A stretch of 55,903 bases of DNA, from the NCBI GenBank assembly GCA_027046625.1, contig JALTXX010000007.1, forward strand, positions 1 through 55,903, read 5' to 3'. Made by a program: the position numbers and the translations under genes. Under the pieces are notes generated by a model. The model saw only the letters and a program-made list of their open reading frames with translations, ran no database searches and had not been told where the DNA came from. This DNA comes from Candidatus Micrarchaeota archaeon (GTDB taxonomy: Archaea > Iainarchaeota > Iainarchaeia > JAADDC01). Within the stretch, counting starts at the first letter, position 1, and every line of letters starts with the position of its first letter. Shown here in pieces: positions 28,457 to 37,720 of this stretch.

Positions 28457-28758
28457 CCCCTCCTAAAGCTGGGGTGTTTCACGATGGCATAGATGATCTC
28501 CATAATATCTGCGCACCCCTCATCCAACTTTCTATCAATCACCTCCTTCATCCAATCTGCTAACTCTCCGCCTCTCTTCCCTCCTATATACTGTGAAACA
28601 GCCGATTTTGACACACCAAGTATTTTTCCTATCTCGCTAAGGGTGTAACCCTTCTCCTTCAGTCTTATGGCTATATACTTCCTTACTCCTGGGAGCAATT
28701 CCCAAAATATGCGCTCGCAGCTCCATGCATCCTTGAGGGGAGTTATCATTGTTAACAA
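28444..28758 (-). CDS. HTH transcriptional regulator (COG2522-like)
   Basis: CE....LLP.VR..IA..L...G.....I..ILGVS..AVSQY...KRG. Confidence 0.8.
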   Translation of the reverse strand: MLTMITPLKDAWSCERIFWELLPGVRKYIAIRLKEKGYTLSEIGKILGVSKSAVSQYIGGKRGGELADWMKEVIDRKLDEGCADIMEIIYAIVKHPSFRRGWRC

Positions 28759-28766
28759 TTGTTACC

Positions 28767-29111
28767 CTATAATAATTTAAGGTGAGATGTATACCTGTCT
28801 ACCATCTCATCTGGGGCTGGTCCTATACCTATGGCGGTTATGGTGCCTGGTTCTAACTGGGTGAGACCTGCATCTCTAATAATTTCGGCCGGCAACTCCT
28901 TAGACACCTCCTTATATATATTTAACAGCTCCTCCTCACTGCTAATCTTAAGAACTATCTTCTTCTGCCCCTCTTTCATCCATTTTTCTACCCAGTTTCT
29001 GTTTACCCTCATCGTCTTAAGAAGGGCAGCAACACTTGCATGGGCAATCTGGGTGCAAAGTTTCCCCTTCCCCATCTTTAAGTCTTTCCTTACGATGATG
29101 ACCTGCTTCAT
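28767..29111 (-). CDS. pth2: Peptidyl-tRNA hydrolase 2
   Basis: VRKDLKMGKGK..Q.AHA, GQKKIVLK, DAGLTQ..PGT.T..GIGP. Confidence 0.96.
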   Translation of the reverse strand: MKQVIIVRKDLKMGKGKLCTQIAHASVAALLKTMRVNRNWVEKWMKEGQKKIVLKISSEEELLNIYKEVSKELPAEIIRDAGLTQLEPGTITAIGIGPAPDEMVDRYTSHLKLL

Positions 29112-29138
29112 CCAATTAAGAAATGTTAACCTTATACA

Positions 29139-29789
29139 TTAAACCTTTCCTAGGTAGAATCCGTCCAGCGTAAATATATGGAAGTGTTCTTCCTTTGAAG
29201 CAATAGGGCCCAGCCAGTTTTCCCTTTTGGTTATATCGTTTCCCACTATAAAGGGGGAGAAGGCCGGAAGCACTATTACTCTCTCCGATACCATCCACAC
29301 CTTTACAAACTCCCTTTTAAAGTGCATATCTATGGGAAAGGATGGGTGGACGTGTCCGATGGCGGTAGGGTAGTGGGGGGTGCGGCGGTGGCCGTGCGTT
29401 ATGTATAAATCACCAACCCACACACCATCCACCACATTGCCCACAATCTCCTCTATGTTTCCGTCGTGGTTTCCCTTTACAATGATGACATCGCCATATT
29501 TTTCCCCCGTTCTTACAAACGTTTTTACATACTCTGCCTCCTTTTTTGTAAAAACAGGTATGTTGTGTCTTAAATCTCCATTTATAACTATTTTTGAGGG
29601 TTTAACTGTTTCCAGAAGCTTTCTAAAGTACTCTATTGTATATTCAGAAAGTTTCTGAACCCTTATACCCTCCTTCCACAGCTCCTTCTCCAGTCCCAGA
29701 TGAACATCGGAGATAATAAGTGTATCCCCTACGAGGAGGGCAGGCCACCCCTCCACAAAGCGGGTATTAGGGGAAGGCAACACTACCAT
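29139..29789 (-). CDS. Calcineurin-like metallophosphoesterase (ICC/DEXH-helicase-associated type)
   Basis: SDVHLG, NGDL.H, GNHD, THGH, GH.HP, LPAF. Confidence 0.9.
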   Translation of the reverse strand: MVVLPSPNTRFVEGWPALLVGDTLIISDVHLGLEKELWKEGIRVQKLSEYTIEYFRKLLETVKPSKIVINGDLRHNIPVFTKKEAEYVKTFVRTGEKYGDVIIVKGNHDGNIEEIVGNVVDGVWVGDLYITHGHRRTPHYPTAIGHVHPSFPIDMHFKREFVKVWMVSERVIVLPAFSPFIVGNDITKRENWLGPIASKEEHFHIFTLDGFYLGKV

Positions 29790-29838
29790 ACATTTATAGG
29801 TTATGTACCTTCATTTAAGGGTGCAGGAGCTCCTAAAG

Positions 29839-30822
29839 ATGATAGGGGAACGCATACTTCTCAGAGAGGAGAGAAAGGCGTCTATGGGAAGAAAAATAAG
29901 GGAGGAAATGAGTGATATGATAAGGAAGGCCACTTCAGATCCTCCTACCGCTACTATAGGAGCTGTGGATAGCGGGTTTATGTACGATGAGTATGCAGGT
30001 ATGGTGATTCTACTTATTAGGAGTGTAGGTGCCATCTTCCAATACAAGGATGGTATACTAGAGAGAGTAACATACCATCCTTCTCCACTTCCAGACATTG
30101 ACATTATAGACAGTGAGTACTCCCTTGAGAGGGAAGATGTACATCCCTTCGTTTCCCTCCATCGCCTCAAAGCGGAGTTGGAAAGAGCAATTCAGCTAAC
30201 AACCCAATCGCCTGACTATGTATTTCTTGACGGATCTGTTGTGCCCCAGATCGTGGACAAACCCCATGACTCATCACCCTCTCAACTTAAAGAGCTGTAT
30301 AGAAATGTTATATCCCTCTTTTTAGAGCTCTATCACAGAGAACCTCTTGTCGCAGGCATCGTAAAGGACTCAAGGGGGAGCAGACTGGGTAATTATCTAT
30401 CCTCCAACGGAATAAACGTTCCTCCTTGGTCCGATACTTCATGGCTGGTTCATGTGCTGGAACCAGGGGAGTACACACTTCCTATCCCTTACTCAGAGGA
30501 TCCAGAGAAGCATGCTACCCTGAAGGATGTGGAAGGGGAACATATATATCTCTTTTACATTCGTCCCTCCCCCTATGACATGCCCTATCGTGTGGAGTTT
30601 TACTCCCACCACCCAGAAAGGGATGGCGATAGGCTTGCAAATCTTCTCATTCCTCTTGCATCCATTAACCCCACTTACGCAGTCCCTCCCTTTATGGTGG
30701 AAATAGACATGCGGGCACGCCTAGGAAAAGAATCCTTAAAGTATGTTAGATCCTACATAGAGCGTATACTTATGGGGAAGTTTCCCCATGTAAAACTCTT
30801 TGAAAGGAGGCCATTCCTATGA
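29839..30822 (+). CDS. nurA: NurA 5'-3' nuclease
   Basis: AVDSG, E..A, LDGS, GIVKDS, YRVEF, Y..P...ID..AR; coupled to herA; start placed 25 nt after TTTAAG (alternative start 29803). Confidence 0.88.
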   Translation: MIGERILLREERKASMGRKIREEMSDMIRKATSDPPTATIGAVDSGFMYDEYAGMVILLIRSVGAIFQYKDGILERVTYHPSPLPDIDIIDSEYSLEREDVHPFVSLHRLKAELERAIQLTTQSPDYVFLDGSVVPQIVDKPHDSSPSQLKELYRNVISLFLELYHREPLVAGIVKDSRGSRLGNYLSSNGINVPPWSDTSWLVHVLEPGEYTLPIPYSEDPEKHATLKDVEGEHIYLFYIRPSPYDMPYRVEFYSHHPERDGDRLANLLIPLASINPTYAVPPFMVEIDMRARLGKESLKYVRSYIERILMGKFPHVKLFERRPFL

Positions 30823-32270
30823 TAGGTATTGTAATATCCACGGAAGAAAGTCCCTCTACATCTGTGGTGGAGTTTGTGCTCATTGAGGATACTCCCATAC
30901 ACCAGGGACAATACGTATCCATAAATCACCCAGATGGTCAGCTTATAGCCCTTGTGACAGATGTGAAAAGAAACAACAGGTATTTTGAACATACAGAGGC
31001 AGTAAAGGAGTATTCTACCAATCTGGAAACCTCTCTACCAGTGGATGAATGGTCCTACACGGTGGTGAAGACAAAGCCTCTCATAATATGGGACGGCTAT
31101 CAGAGGAAACGGCCCACGTTCCCTCCCCCGCCAGGATCTCATGTGGATATACCATCTCCTTCTCTCCTCTCCAAGGTGCTTGGCTTTTCTGAGGATGGAG
31201 TATTCCTTGGAAGAGTCCAACACCACAATGTAGAGGCGCGGTTCGACCTCTCAAAGTTATTACAGAAACACCTTGCCATATTAGCCATGAGTGGTGCGGG
31301 AAAGAGCTATCTAACCTCTGTTCTCATAGAAGAGCTCCTTGAGAGGAAACCAGAACATGGAAGAATAGGAATAGTGGTGTTTGACGTGCATGGAGAGTAT
31401 GTAGGTTTTGCCTATCCTAATTCTCCCTACAAGGATGTTACAGAGGTTTTCAACGGAGAAGAGGTAAAACTTTCGTTGAAACACTTAGGAACAGGAGGAC
31501 TGCGAGATCTAAATCCATCCATCTCAGATGCTCAACTAAGGGAGCTAAACAATCTAGATCTTTCAGGAGATATAGAAGATCTTATTAATCAGGTAAACAA
31601 GCGCGTAGAGAACAAGAAGGTCAGAGATACTCTTGTATCCAACCTAAGAAACGTCCAACCCCTTGGCATTTCCTCTATCGAGTCACCCTCTATGGAGGCG
31701 GCCGTGAAACCAGGAAAGCTCCTGATCTTTGATCTTTCTCCGGTGACAGACATGAGAAAGAAGAGAGCAATAGTGTATTACTATATAAGGAGGCTCTTCG
31801 AGCTAAGAAAACAAAAGAAAATACCACCCACCCTTATAATCCTGGAAGAAGCCCATCAGTTTGCACCAGAAAGGGAAGAAGGAGTGTTTTCCAAATACAT
31901 AATAGACACCGTTGCAAGGGAGGGGAGAAAGTTTGGCCTATCCCTTTGCCTTATTTCCCAACGCCCTATAAGGCTGTCCACCACTGCTTTATCTCAGTGT
32001 AACACCCATATCATCCTTCGTATCACCAACCCCAATGACCTCGATCATATAAAGGAATCCTCCGAAGCTCTTGACAGACAATCAGTCTCTCTTATTACTA
32101 CTCTAACCCCCGGGGAAGCTCTTGTAGTGGGAACAGCTGCCTACTTTCCAGTATTTATAAAGGTTAGGGAGAGAAAGAGCCCAGAAGTGTATGAGAAGAA
32201 CCTGAAGGATATGGCTCTCGAGTGGGAGGGCATTGAAACAGAAGAGAAGCATATTGCTAAACAACTATGA
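30819..32270 (+). CDS. herA: HerA DNA translocase
   Basis: HAS barrel, HLAILAMSGAGKS, DVHGEY, EEAHQFAP, REGRKFG, SQRP. Confidence 0.93.
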   Translation: MIGIVISTEESPSTSVVEFVLIEDTPIHQGQYVSINHPDGQLIALVTDVKRNNRYFEHTEAVKEYSTNLETSLPVDEWSYTVVKTKPLIIWDGYQRKRPTFPPPPGSHVDIPSPSLLSKVLGFSEDGVFLGRVQHHNVEARFDLSKLLQKHLAILAMSGAGKSYLTSVLIEELLERKPEHGRIGIVVFDVHGEYVGFAYPNSPYKDVTEVFNGEEVKLSLKHLGTGGLRDLNPSISDAQLRELNNLDLSGDIEDLINQVNKRVENKKVRDTLVSNLRNVQPLGISSIESPSMEAAVKPGKLLIFDLSPVTDMRKKRAIVYYYIRRLFELRKQKKIPPTLIILEEAHQFAPEREEGVFSKYIIDTVAREGRKFGLSLCLISQRPIRLSTTALSQCNTHIILRITNPNDLDHIKESSEALDRQSVSLITTLTPGEALVVGTAAYFPVFIKVRERKSPEVYEKNLKDMALEWEGIETEEKHIAKQL

Positions 32271-32475
32271 GCGTCATGGTCTCTTCCACCTTGAACCTGT
32301 TTCTTATTTCCTCCATTACAAATCTTCCGAGCCTCTCCAGTCCTTCGAACTCTACCACAATCACCGCATCGTAACCGCCGTATACTAGGTCTGCAAACCT
32401 TACATTTTCCATTCCTCTAACATGTTTTACTATGTTTTCGGCCTCCCTGGACTTTACAAGTATGTAGGCTCTCAC
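32257..32475 (-). CDS. Stand-alone Lrp/AsnC ligand-binding (RAM) domain protein
   Basis: MRAYILVK...VYGGYD.V..VE...L..FV...IR...V.ET.TLIV; start trimmed to GTG 32475. Confidence 0.8.
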   Translation of the reverse strand: MRAYILVKSREAENIVKHVRGMENVRFADLVYGGYDAVIVVEFEGLERLGRFVMEEIRNRFKVEETMTLIVV

Positions 32476-32561
32476 CCTCCAATAAAGGAGAAAAGGGTTT
32501 AAGGGGTTAGAGGAAAGGTGCACTTCCGCAACATTTAAAAGCCATCTTCCCTCATCCCACC

Positions 32562-33440
32562 ATGCCCAGGATGCTCCTTCCAACACCTCTCTCATCTTTC
32601 CTCCCCTCTCATCTTCCCATATACCCTGCCAATGAAGGTGTATATGTAGAAGCCCCCTATCCTACCCTCCTAAAACTCTACTCTCATCTCTCTAGGCTTT
32701 CCGATGCCATCGTCTTTCCGGAGCCAGAGAGACAGCTACTTTTAAAGAAAGAGCCCCCATACTTAGCCATACCCTCCCATTATGCTAGCCACCCCTTTAA
32801 AGCTGCCTACACCTTCTTGGAAAATGTGCTATTCATAAGCGGCTATGCCCGTTCTTTGAGAAAGATATCCAATATTCCTCCATCCCCATCTGTATTGCTC
32901 CCCTTTCTTCACTTTAACCTCGACGATTCCTCCCTCTCCGGCAGAGGCAACCTACTTCCCTCCTCCCTAGTAAAGGTAGAGGGCTATTTAGACCTTTATA
33001 CTCTCATGGGGGAGAGGATTGTAATAAGAAAAGAGGGTTTCCTAACCCTGGCAGACGCCCTCTTCCATGAGCTGCCCTTCCATATAGAGAACCCTATCTA
33101 TACTTCTAGTAAACCATCCTTCCTTCATCGCTCCATCTTGGAAATGATAGAAACGGCAAAATCTATCCTAAAAAAGGACTATTTGGACGATAGGCATCTA
33201 AACACCCTAAAAACTATCCAATCCATCCTTCAGGGCTTGCCAAACCTGCTACTTAATACCTATGTGCTTGGAACCCTATCTCACTATACCCTTCAGCTAT
33301 CCCACTCCCTTCTCCAGAGGAACCCCAAGATATATAATAATTTGGTAGAAGAATGGGTAACATGTTATCCCGCTTTGAGCGAGCAAGGATCATATCTGCT
33401 CGGGCTCTTCAAATTGCTTACGGAGCACCTCCCCTCATAG
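32562..33440 (+). CDS. Hypothetical Pro/Leu/Ser/His-rich protein
   Basis: Only long ORF over this interval; no recognisable motif; 3' end overlaps rpoK. Confidence 0.55.
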   Translation: MPRMLLPTPLSSFLPSHLPIYPANEGVYVEAPYPTLLKLYSHLSRLSDAIVFPEPERQLLLKKEPPYLAIPSHYASHPFKAAYTFLENVLFISGYARSLRKISNIPPSPSVLLPFLHFNLDDSSLSGRGNLLPSSLVKVEGYLDLYTLMGERIVIRKEGFLTLADALFHELPFHIENPIYTSSKPSFLHRSILEMIETAKSILKKDYLDDRHLNTLKTIQSILQGLPNLLLNTYVLGTLSHYTLQLSHSLLQRNPKIYNNLVEEWVTCYPALSEQGSYLLGLFKLLTEHLPS

Positions 33441-33565
33441 AGGTACCAAAAGGAGTAACGGACCCATATGACATAGCAAGGATAGAGTTTGAGAGGGGGA
33501 TTGTACCTTTCTCCGTGGTGAGGGAATACCCTGATGGAACAGTGGAAATAGTGGAGGTGAGCTAA
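33362..33565 (+). CDS. rpoK: RNA polymerase subunit K (Rpo6)
   Basis: SRFERARIISARALQI..GAP; alternative start 33353. Confidence 0.96.
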   Translation: MLSRFERARIISARALQIAYGAPPLIEVPKGVTDPYDIARIEFERGIVPFSVVREYPDGTVEIVEVS

Positions 33566-33771
33566 TGGGTACAGCATTGCCTGGCAAGTTCAAGAGGGTT
33601 GGAAACAAAATAATTTCCAAGTATGGAGACAGACTAGAACCGGACTTCAATAAGGTAAAGACCTTTATGAACGAAATAGGATTATATCCTAACGAACTAA
33701 CCAAACGCATGAGAAATATGATAGCTGGCTATATAGTACGTAAACTAAAGAAACGACAATCAACGAAGTGA
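33565..33771 (+). CDS. rps17e: 30S ribosomal protein eS17
   Basis: DF..VK...TKRMRN.IAGYI. Confidence 0.9.
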   Translation: MGTALPGKFKRVGNKIISKYGDRLEPDFNKVKTFMNEIGLYPNELTKRMRNMIAGYIVRKLKKRQSTK

Positions 33772-33901
33772 CACCTGTTTCCCATAAAAAGAACCTTCCC
33801 CTCAATAGCCATAACCTGAGGAGGAAGGGTAAGCCATTTAAAGAACCTCATACCCTCTTAACGAAGGGGGTAGATAACCTCCTGCTCTAAGGGGTGAAAA
33901 C

Positions 33902-36616
33902 ATGAAGACCATGAATGTGAAAAAGTTGGCTGCCCTTGCCGCTGGGGCTTTGTTTGTTGGGCAGACTGCCCATGCAGCACTGGCAGCTGACACCCTGCCT
34001 ACAGACAAGGCTTGGTACCTGAACAGCGCCATTGTGATAGGTGCAAATGCAAAGCCAGCAGACGTAGTGTGGGCAGGTAACATAGCAGCCGCCATCGGCC
34101 AGATGGCCATCGAAACAGAGGAGAAGACCGCATCCGTAGACCTAAACAACGCCACAGTAAAACTTAGTGTACCAGGAGAGGTAGTGGTAGGGGGTGAAGG
34201 TAGAACAGCTGACAACATAGCATTTTCTATAGGTGCAGCAGAGGGTGGTTTTCCAGTAGCAGCTACATCTGACGATGTGACATCCCTAAAGACAGCCGAG
34301 GAAGCTAAGTATGAGGTAAAAGTGGGAACTGATTGGCAGGAGAGAAGCTACTACGTAACCACAAGGGTAGTACTGGATGGTGTAAATGTAGAAAACTATG
34401 AGGGAGAGCTAAGAGCTACTGTGGTGGGCTACCCAATGTTTGTAACAGAGATATCTGGTGTAGAGTTTGATGAACCAGCAAACGGCTCTGGAACTACGGT
34501 AACCCTAGAAGATGGTACAGACTTCAAGAATGTAAAGTTTGATGTGGCAGGAACAGAGTTTAAGCTGACAAAGGTTACAATGGCAGAGGGAACAGACACT
34601 GTAACTGTTGAAATAGCAACATCCTCTCAGGAGGTAACGGTATACAAGGATCAGAATGTGGACCTTGGAAGTGGATACACCTTGAAACTTGTCGATGTAG
34701 ACAAGGATAACAACCAGGTGCTTGTAGAGATAACAGATGCCGATGGAAATAGCTTTACAGACATCTTGAAGCTAAATGAGCCCACAGACCTGGATGGAAA
34801 GCTACCATTTAAGGTGGTATTAAAGGACTACTTTGCAGGTACTACAACGGCCTACGCTAAGATAGGTCTCAAGGCAGATACAAAATCATTTACAACAAAT
34901 GCACTAATACTAGGAGACGGAACAGCACAGAACACAAGTGTAGAGGTAGACTTTATGGATGCTGATGCAGGATGGAAGCTAAAGCTGTACCTAAGCGATA
35001 CCACAACAAACAAGCTGAAGATAGATAAGTTGGAGCTGTACTACAATGGAGATGCAGATGGTACATACACATCCCTTGACAAGGGATGGAAGCCTGGTGA
35101 AAACATCTTCTTCCCAGGCAGCGACTATGGAGCCACCTTCGCAGGATTTACATCGGCAGTAATGAAGGCAGGTCAGCTAGGTGCAGATATAACAGCATAT
35201 GATCCATCTGGAAAGCAGTACACCACAAAGCTGCAGTTCACCAGACTATCTATGTCCACACCTGCATCTGGAAGCTCTAAGTATACAATAACTAACTTCA
35301 TAAATGACAAGGATCTGTTCGTATTTGTGGACAGCGGAGGAAATGTGATAATAGATACAGATTTCAGGGAGGACACCACAGGTGATAGGGTAACCGTAGG
35401 TGGCCCTGGATCTGAAGCCATAGTAGGACTTAACTTTGATGACGACGCAGAGGCAGATGTGTACTTCAAGGCTACAGTGACGGGTTCCGGAAGCATAAGG
35501 AACCTCTATCTCGACTACGCAGGAGATGGGTATGTAAAGCTTGGAACATACACAGAAACAGCAGCTCCAGGTACAACACTCCCCATATACTTTGCAGGAG
35601 CCACAGGAACTATAAATGCAGTAACGGGAACAGCTGATGTACTTACATTAACAGATGGTACAACAAGTGTAACATTTAACAGTGCAGGTGCGGCATCCTT
35701 CTACGTATATAACAACAGTGGTAATCTGGCAATATCTTCAACAGTACCTGCAACAGCTCCCTACATGAAGGTAGATATAACCGTAAGCTTAGGTAGCAAC
35801 ACAGTAGACGACGAAAGTGCCACAATAACAGGAGTCTCTGTATATAAGCCAGCAACCAACGACTATGTGTCCTCCGTATATGTAGATGCAGACAACGCAA
35901 GCACAGACTATGATAACTTTGTTGTGGGAGACATGGATGGAACCACATTAACAGTTCCAGTGAAGACAAAGGAGACATCTACAGGATCTGGAGTATACGT
36001 ATTGGACAAGGTAGACCTTCAGGATGCAGATGCTACATGGAGTGATGGTGCAAACAGCTATACAATAGATGCTGATACAACAAGTACAGAGCCAGACTTC
36101 ATGTACACCGAGTGGGGTACAGAGGTAAAGGCATACAGCGAAAAGGTTGAGCTAAGGGTGCCAACAGAGCAGAGATACCTAAAGTTCTTTGTGGGCAAGC
36201 CTAGTAGAACAGTGGAGACAACAGGTGCAATAGAAGCTAAGGTAGGAGAAACAGTAGAAGTAGCCGGAACACAAATAAAGGTAGAGGAAGTGACAGCAGA
36301 GGGTGCCTCTGTAACATACACAGAGGCCAAGCCCATGGCAGACTGGAACCCAAGGATCGTATACCTTGACACAGAGGGCGCACAGGATACATATGACAAG
36401 ATTATCGTGGTAGGTGGATGGGCAGTGAACACCGTAGCCGCTGCACTTAAGGAGAAGTTCGACGAGGTAGCACAGGTGGATACAGAGGGTGAGTGGATCG
36501 TCAAGAAGTTCGAGGACGGTGGCAAGGAATACATCGTGGTGTTCGGTTATACAGCAGACGACACCGGCTATGCAGCCAAGGAGTTCATCAAGTGGCTAAG
36601 ACAGAATGTGGCATAA
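33902..36616 (+). CDS. S-layer protein (Methanococcales/Thermococcales-type N- and C-terminal domains)
   Basis: Signal peptide KKLAALAAGA; IVIGANA...DVV.A..IAA; C-terminal IIVVGG.AVN; Thr/Asp/Gly-rich; several NxS/T sequons; own TATA (TTTAAA about 33836) and SD GGGGTGA. Confidence 0.9.
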   Translation: MKTMNVKKLAALAAGALFVGQTAHAALAADTLPTDKAWYLNSAIVIGANAKPADVVWAGNIAAAIGQMAIETEEKTASVDLNNATVKLSVPGEVVVGGEGRTADNIAFSIGAAEGGFPVAATSDDVTSLKTAEEAKYEVKVGTDWQERSYYVTTRVVLDGVNVENYEGELRATVVGYPMFVTEISGVEFDEPANGSGTTVTLEDGTDFKNVKFDVAGTEFKLTKVTMAEGTDTVTVEIATSSQEVTVYKDQNVDLGSGYTLKLVDVDKDNNQVLVEITDADGNSFTDILKLNEPTDLDGKLPFKVVLKDYFAGTTTAYAKIGLKADTKSFTTNALILGDGTAQNTSVEVDFMDADAGWKLKLYLSDTTTNKLKIDKLELYYNGDADGTYTSLDKGWKPGENIFFPGSDYGATFAGFTSAVMKAGQLGADITAYDPSGKQYTTKLQFTRLSMSTPASGSSKYTITNFINDKDLFVFVDSGGNVIIDTDFREDTTGDRVTVGGPGSEAIVGLNFDDDAEADVYFKATVTGSGSIRNLYLDYAGDGYVKLGTYTETAAPGTTLPIYFAGATGTINAVTGTADVLTLTDGTTSVTFNSAGAASFYVYNNSGNLAISSTVPATAPYMKVDITVSLGSNTVDDESATITGVSVYKPATNDYVSSVYVDADNASTDYDNFVVGDMDGTTLTVPVKTKETSTGSGVYVLDKVDLQDADATWSDGANSYTIDADTTSTEPDFMYTEWGTEVKAYSEKVELRVPTEQRYLKFFVGKPSRTVETTGAIEAKVGETVEVAGTQIKVEEVTAEGASVTYTEAKPMADWNPRIVYLDTEGAQDTYDKIIVVGGWAVNTVAAALKEKFDEVAQVDTEGEWIVKKFEDGGKEYIVVFGYTADDTGYAAKEFIKWLRQNVA

Positions 36617-36645
36617 AGCCACACCTTCCCCTTTTTCTTATATTT
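36608..36645 (+). terminator. Probable terminator of the S-layer transcript
   Basis: GTGGC-ataaa-GCCAC hairpin followed by the pyrimidine/T tract ccttcccctttttcttatattt. Confidence 0.5.
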
Positions 36646-36667
36646 GTTTTCTGGTAATAGTACATTG

Positions 36668-37177
36668 ATGGAGAAAAGATATATCGTGGGTGCTGCGATT
36701 GTATTGCTTTTGGTAATGGTAATAGCATTTTACTTTCTGAGGGAGGAACGCCCGTACCTTCTTATTGAGGGAGATCTGTCTTACCTTTCTGACATAAAGG
36801 ATGCAAACATGGTTCTCATACGCATAGTGTACCCATTTTCCGATGCACAGGGAGCAGTTTCCGCTGTAGCCTATCTCTCTACTGTTCTTTCTGCCAAGGG
36901 AAAGCAAGTAATAATACAGGCTGTAGAAGGAGATAGATGTTACACTAATGAGGGGAATGTGGAGAGTGTGGTAGAAGGGAAATGTAGAGATATTTACCCT
37001 ATGATACTCATTCTGGAAGGGGAGGGAAAGGTGGTATCAAAAAAGGGATACACAGAAATCAGTGCTCCACCGCATTTGCTGCAGCAGGCAGCGGCTTTTG
37101 TCATAAAGAAGGTTTATCCAGATGCAGATGAGGTATATAAAAAGGCCTTTAGCCTATTAAAACTCCGAGCATCTTGA
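36668..37177 (+). CDS. Hypothetical protein with N-terminal membrane anchor
   Basis: MEKRY plus a 20-aa hydrophobic helix; two Cys in the soluble part. Confidence 0.7.
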   Translation: MEKRYIVGAAIVLLLVMVIAFYFLREERPYLLIEGDLSYLSDIKDANMVLIRIVYPFSDAQGAVSAVAYLSTVLSAKGKQVIIQAVEGDRCYTNEGNVESVVEGKCRDIYPMILILEGEGKVVSKKGYTEISAPPHLLQQAAAFVIKKVYPDADEVYKKAFSLLKLRAS

Positions 37178-37685
37178 CAAGCTCATCCTTCTTCATCTCC
37201 TTCAGTGTGCTGTCTATCTCTTTCCTTAGCTGCTCCACTATCTTCTCTCTCTCGGCGGAGAGCCTGTTTACTTCTATGTTTAACAATCTTGAAGCCAGTA
37301 GAAGAAGTGAATCTGTATAAGAATTTTCTTTCTCAGCCAATTTAAGAGCAGAAAGGGCGGTATACAACCTTATAAACCTTCTTGCCCTTTCAGACAGGTC
37401 CTCCCTGAACAACTCACTTTCAAGCCTCCACAAACGATCATATTCGTACTCCCTCTCTATGTTTACCACATTGATAACCACATTAGTAAGGTTCACACTA
37501 TCCTTTACCTCCATAACCCCGTTGGGAAGGTGAAGGTAAATGTTTGTTCCCTCCCTTCTCATCAACACTCTCTCTGGAATGTCCACTCGTAAGTGTCCAT
37601 TTCTCCCTACCTCAATGGACCCCCTGTCAGGAAGGTACCCTACATCCAGTATTTTACCATCCCTATCTACTGCTAGTACAAGCAT
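37149..37685 (-). CDS. Hypothetical protein (beta-rich N-terminus, helical C-terminus)
   Basis: 178-aa ORF with genome-typical composition filling the gap. Confidence 0.6.
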   Translation of the reverse strand: MLVLAVDRDGKILDVGYLPDRGSIEVGRNGHLRVDIPERVLMRREGTNIYLHLPNGVMEVKDSVNLTNVVINVVNIEREYEYDRLWRLESELFREDLSERARRFIRLYTALSALKLAEKENSYTDSLLLLASRLLNIEVNRLSAEREKIVEQLRKEIDSTLKEMKKDELVKMLGVLIG

Positions 37686-37720
37686 CTATAATATATGGGT
37701 GTTCCCACCTAAAATACCCT

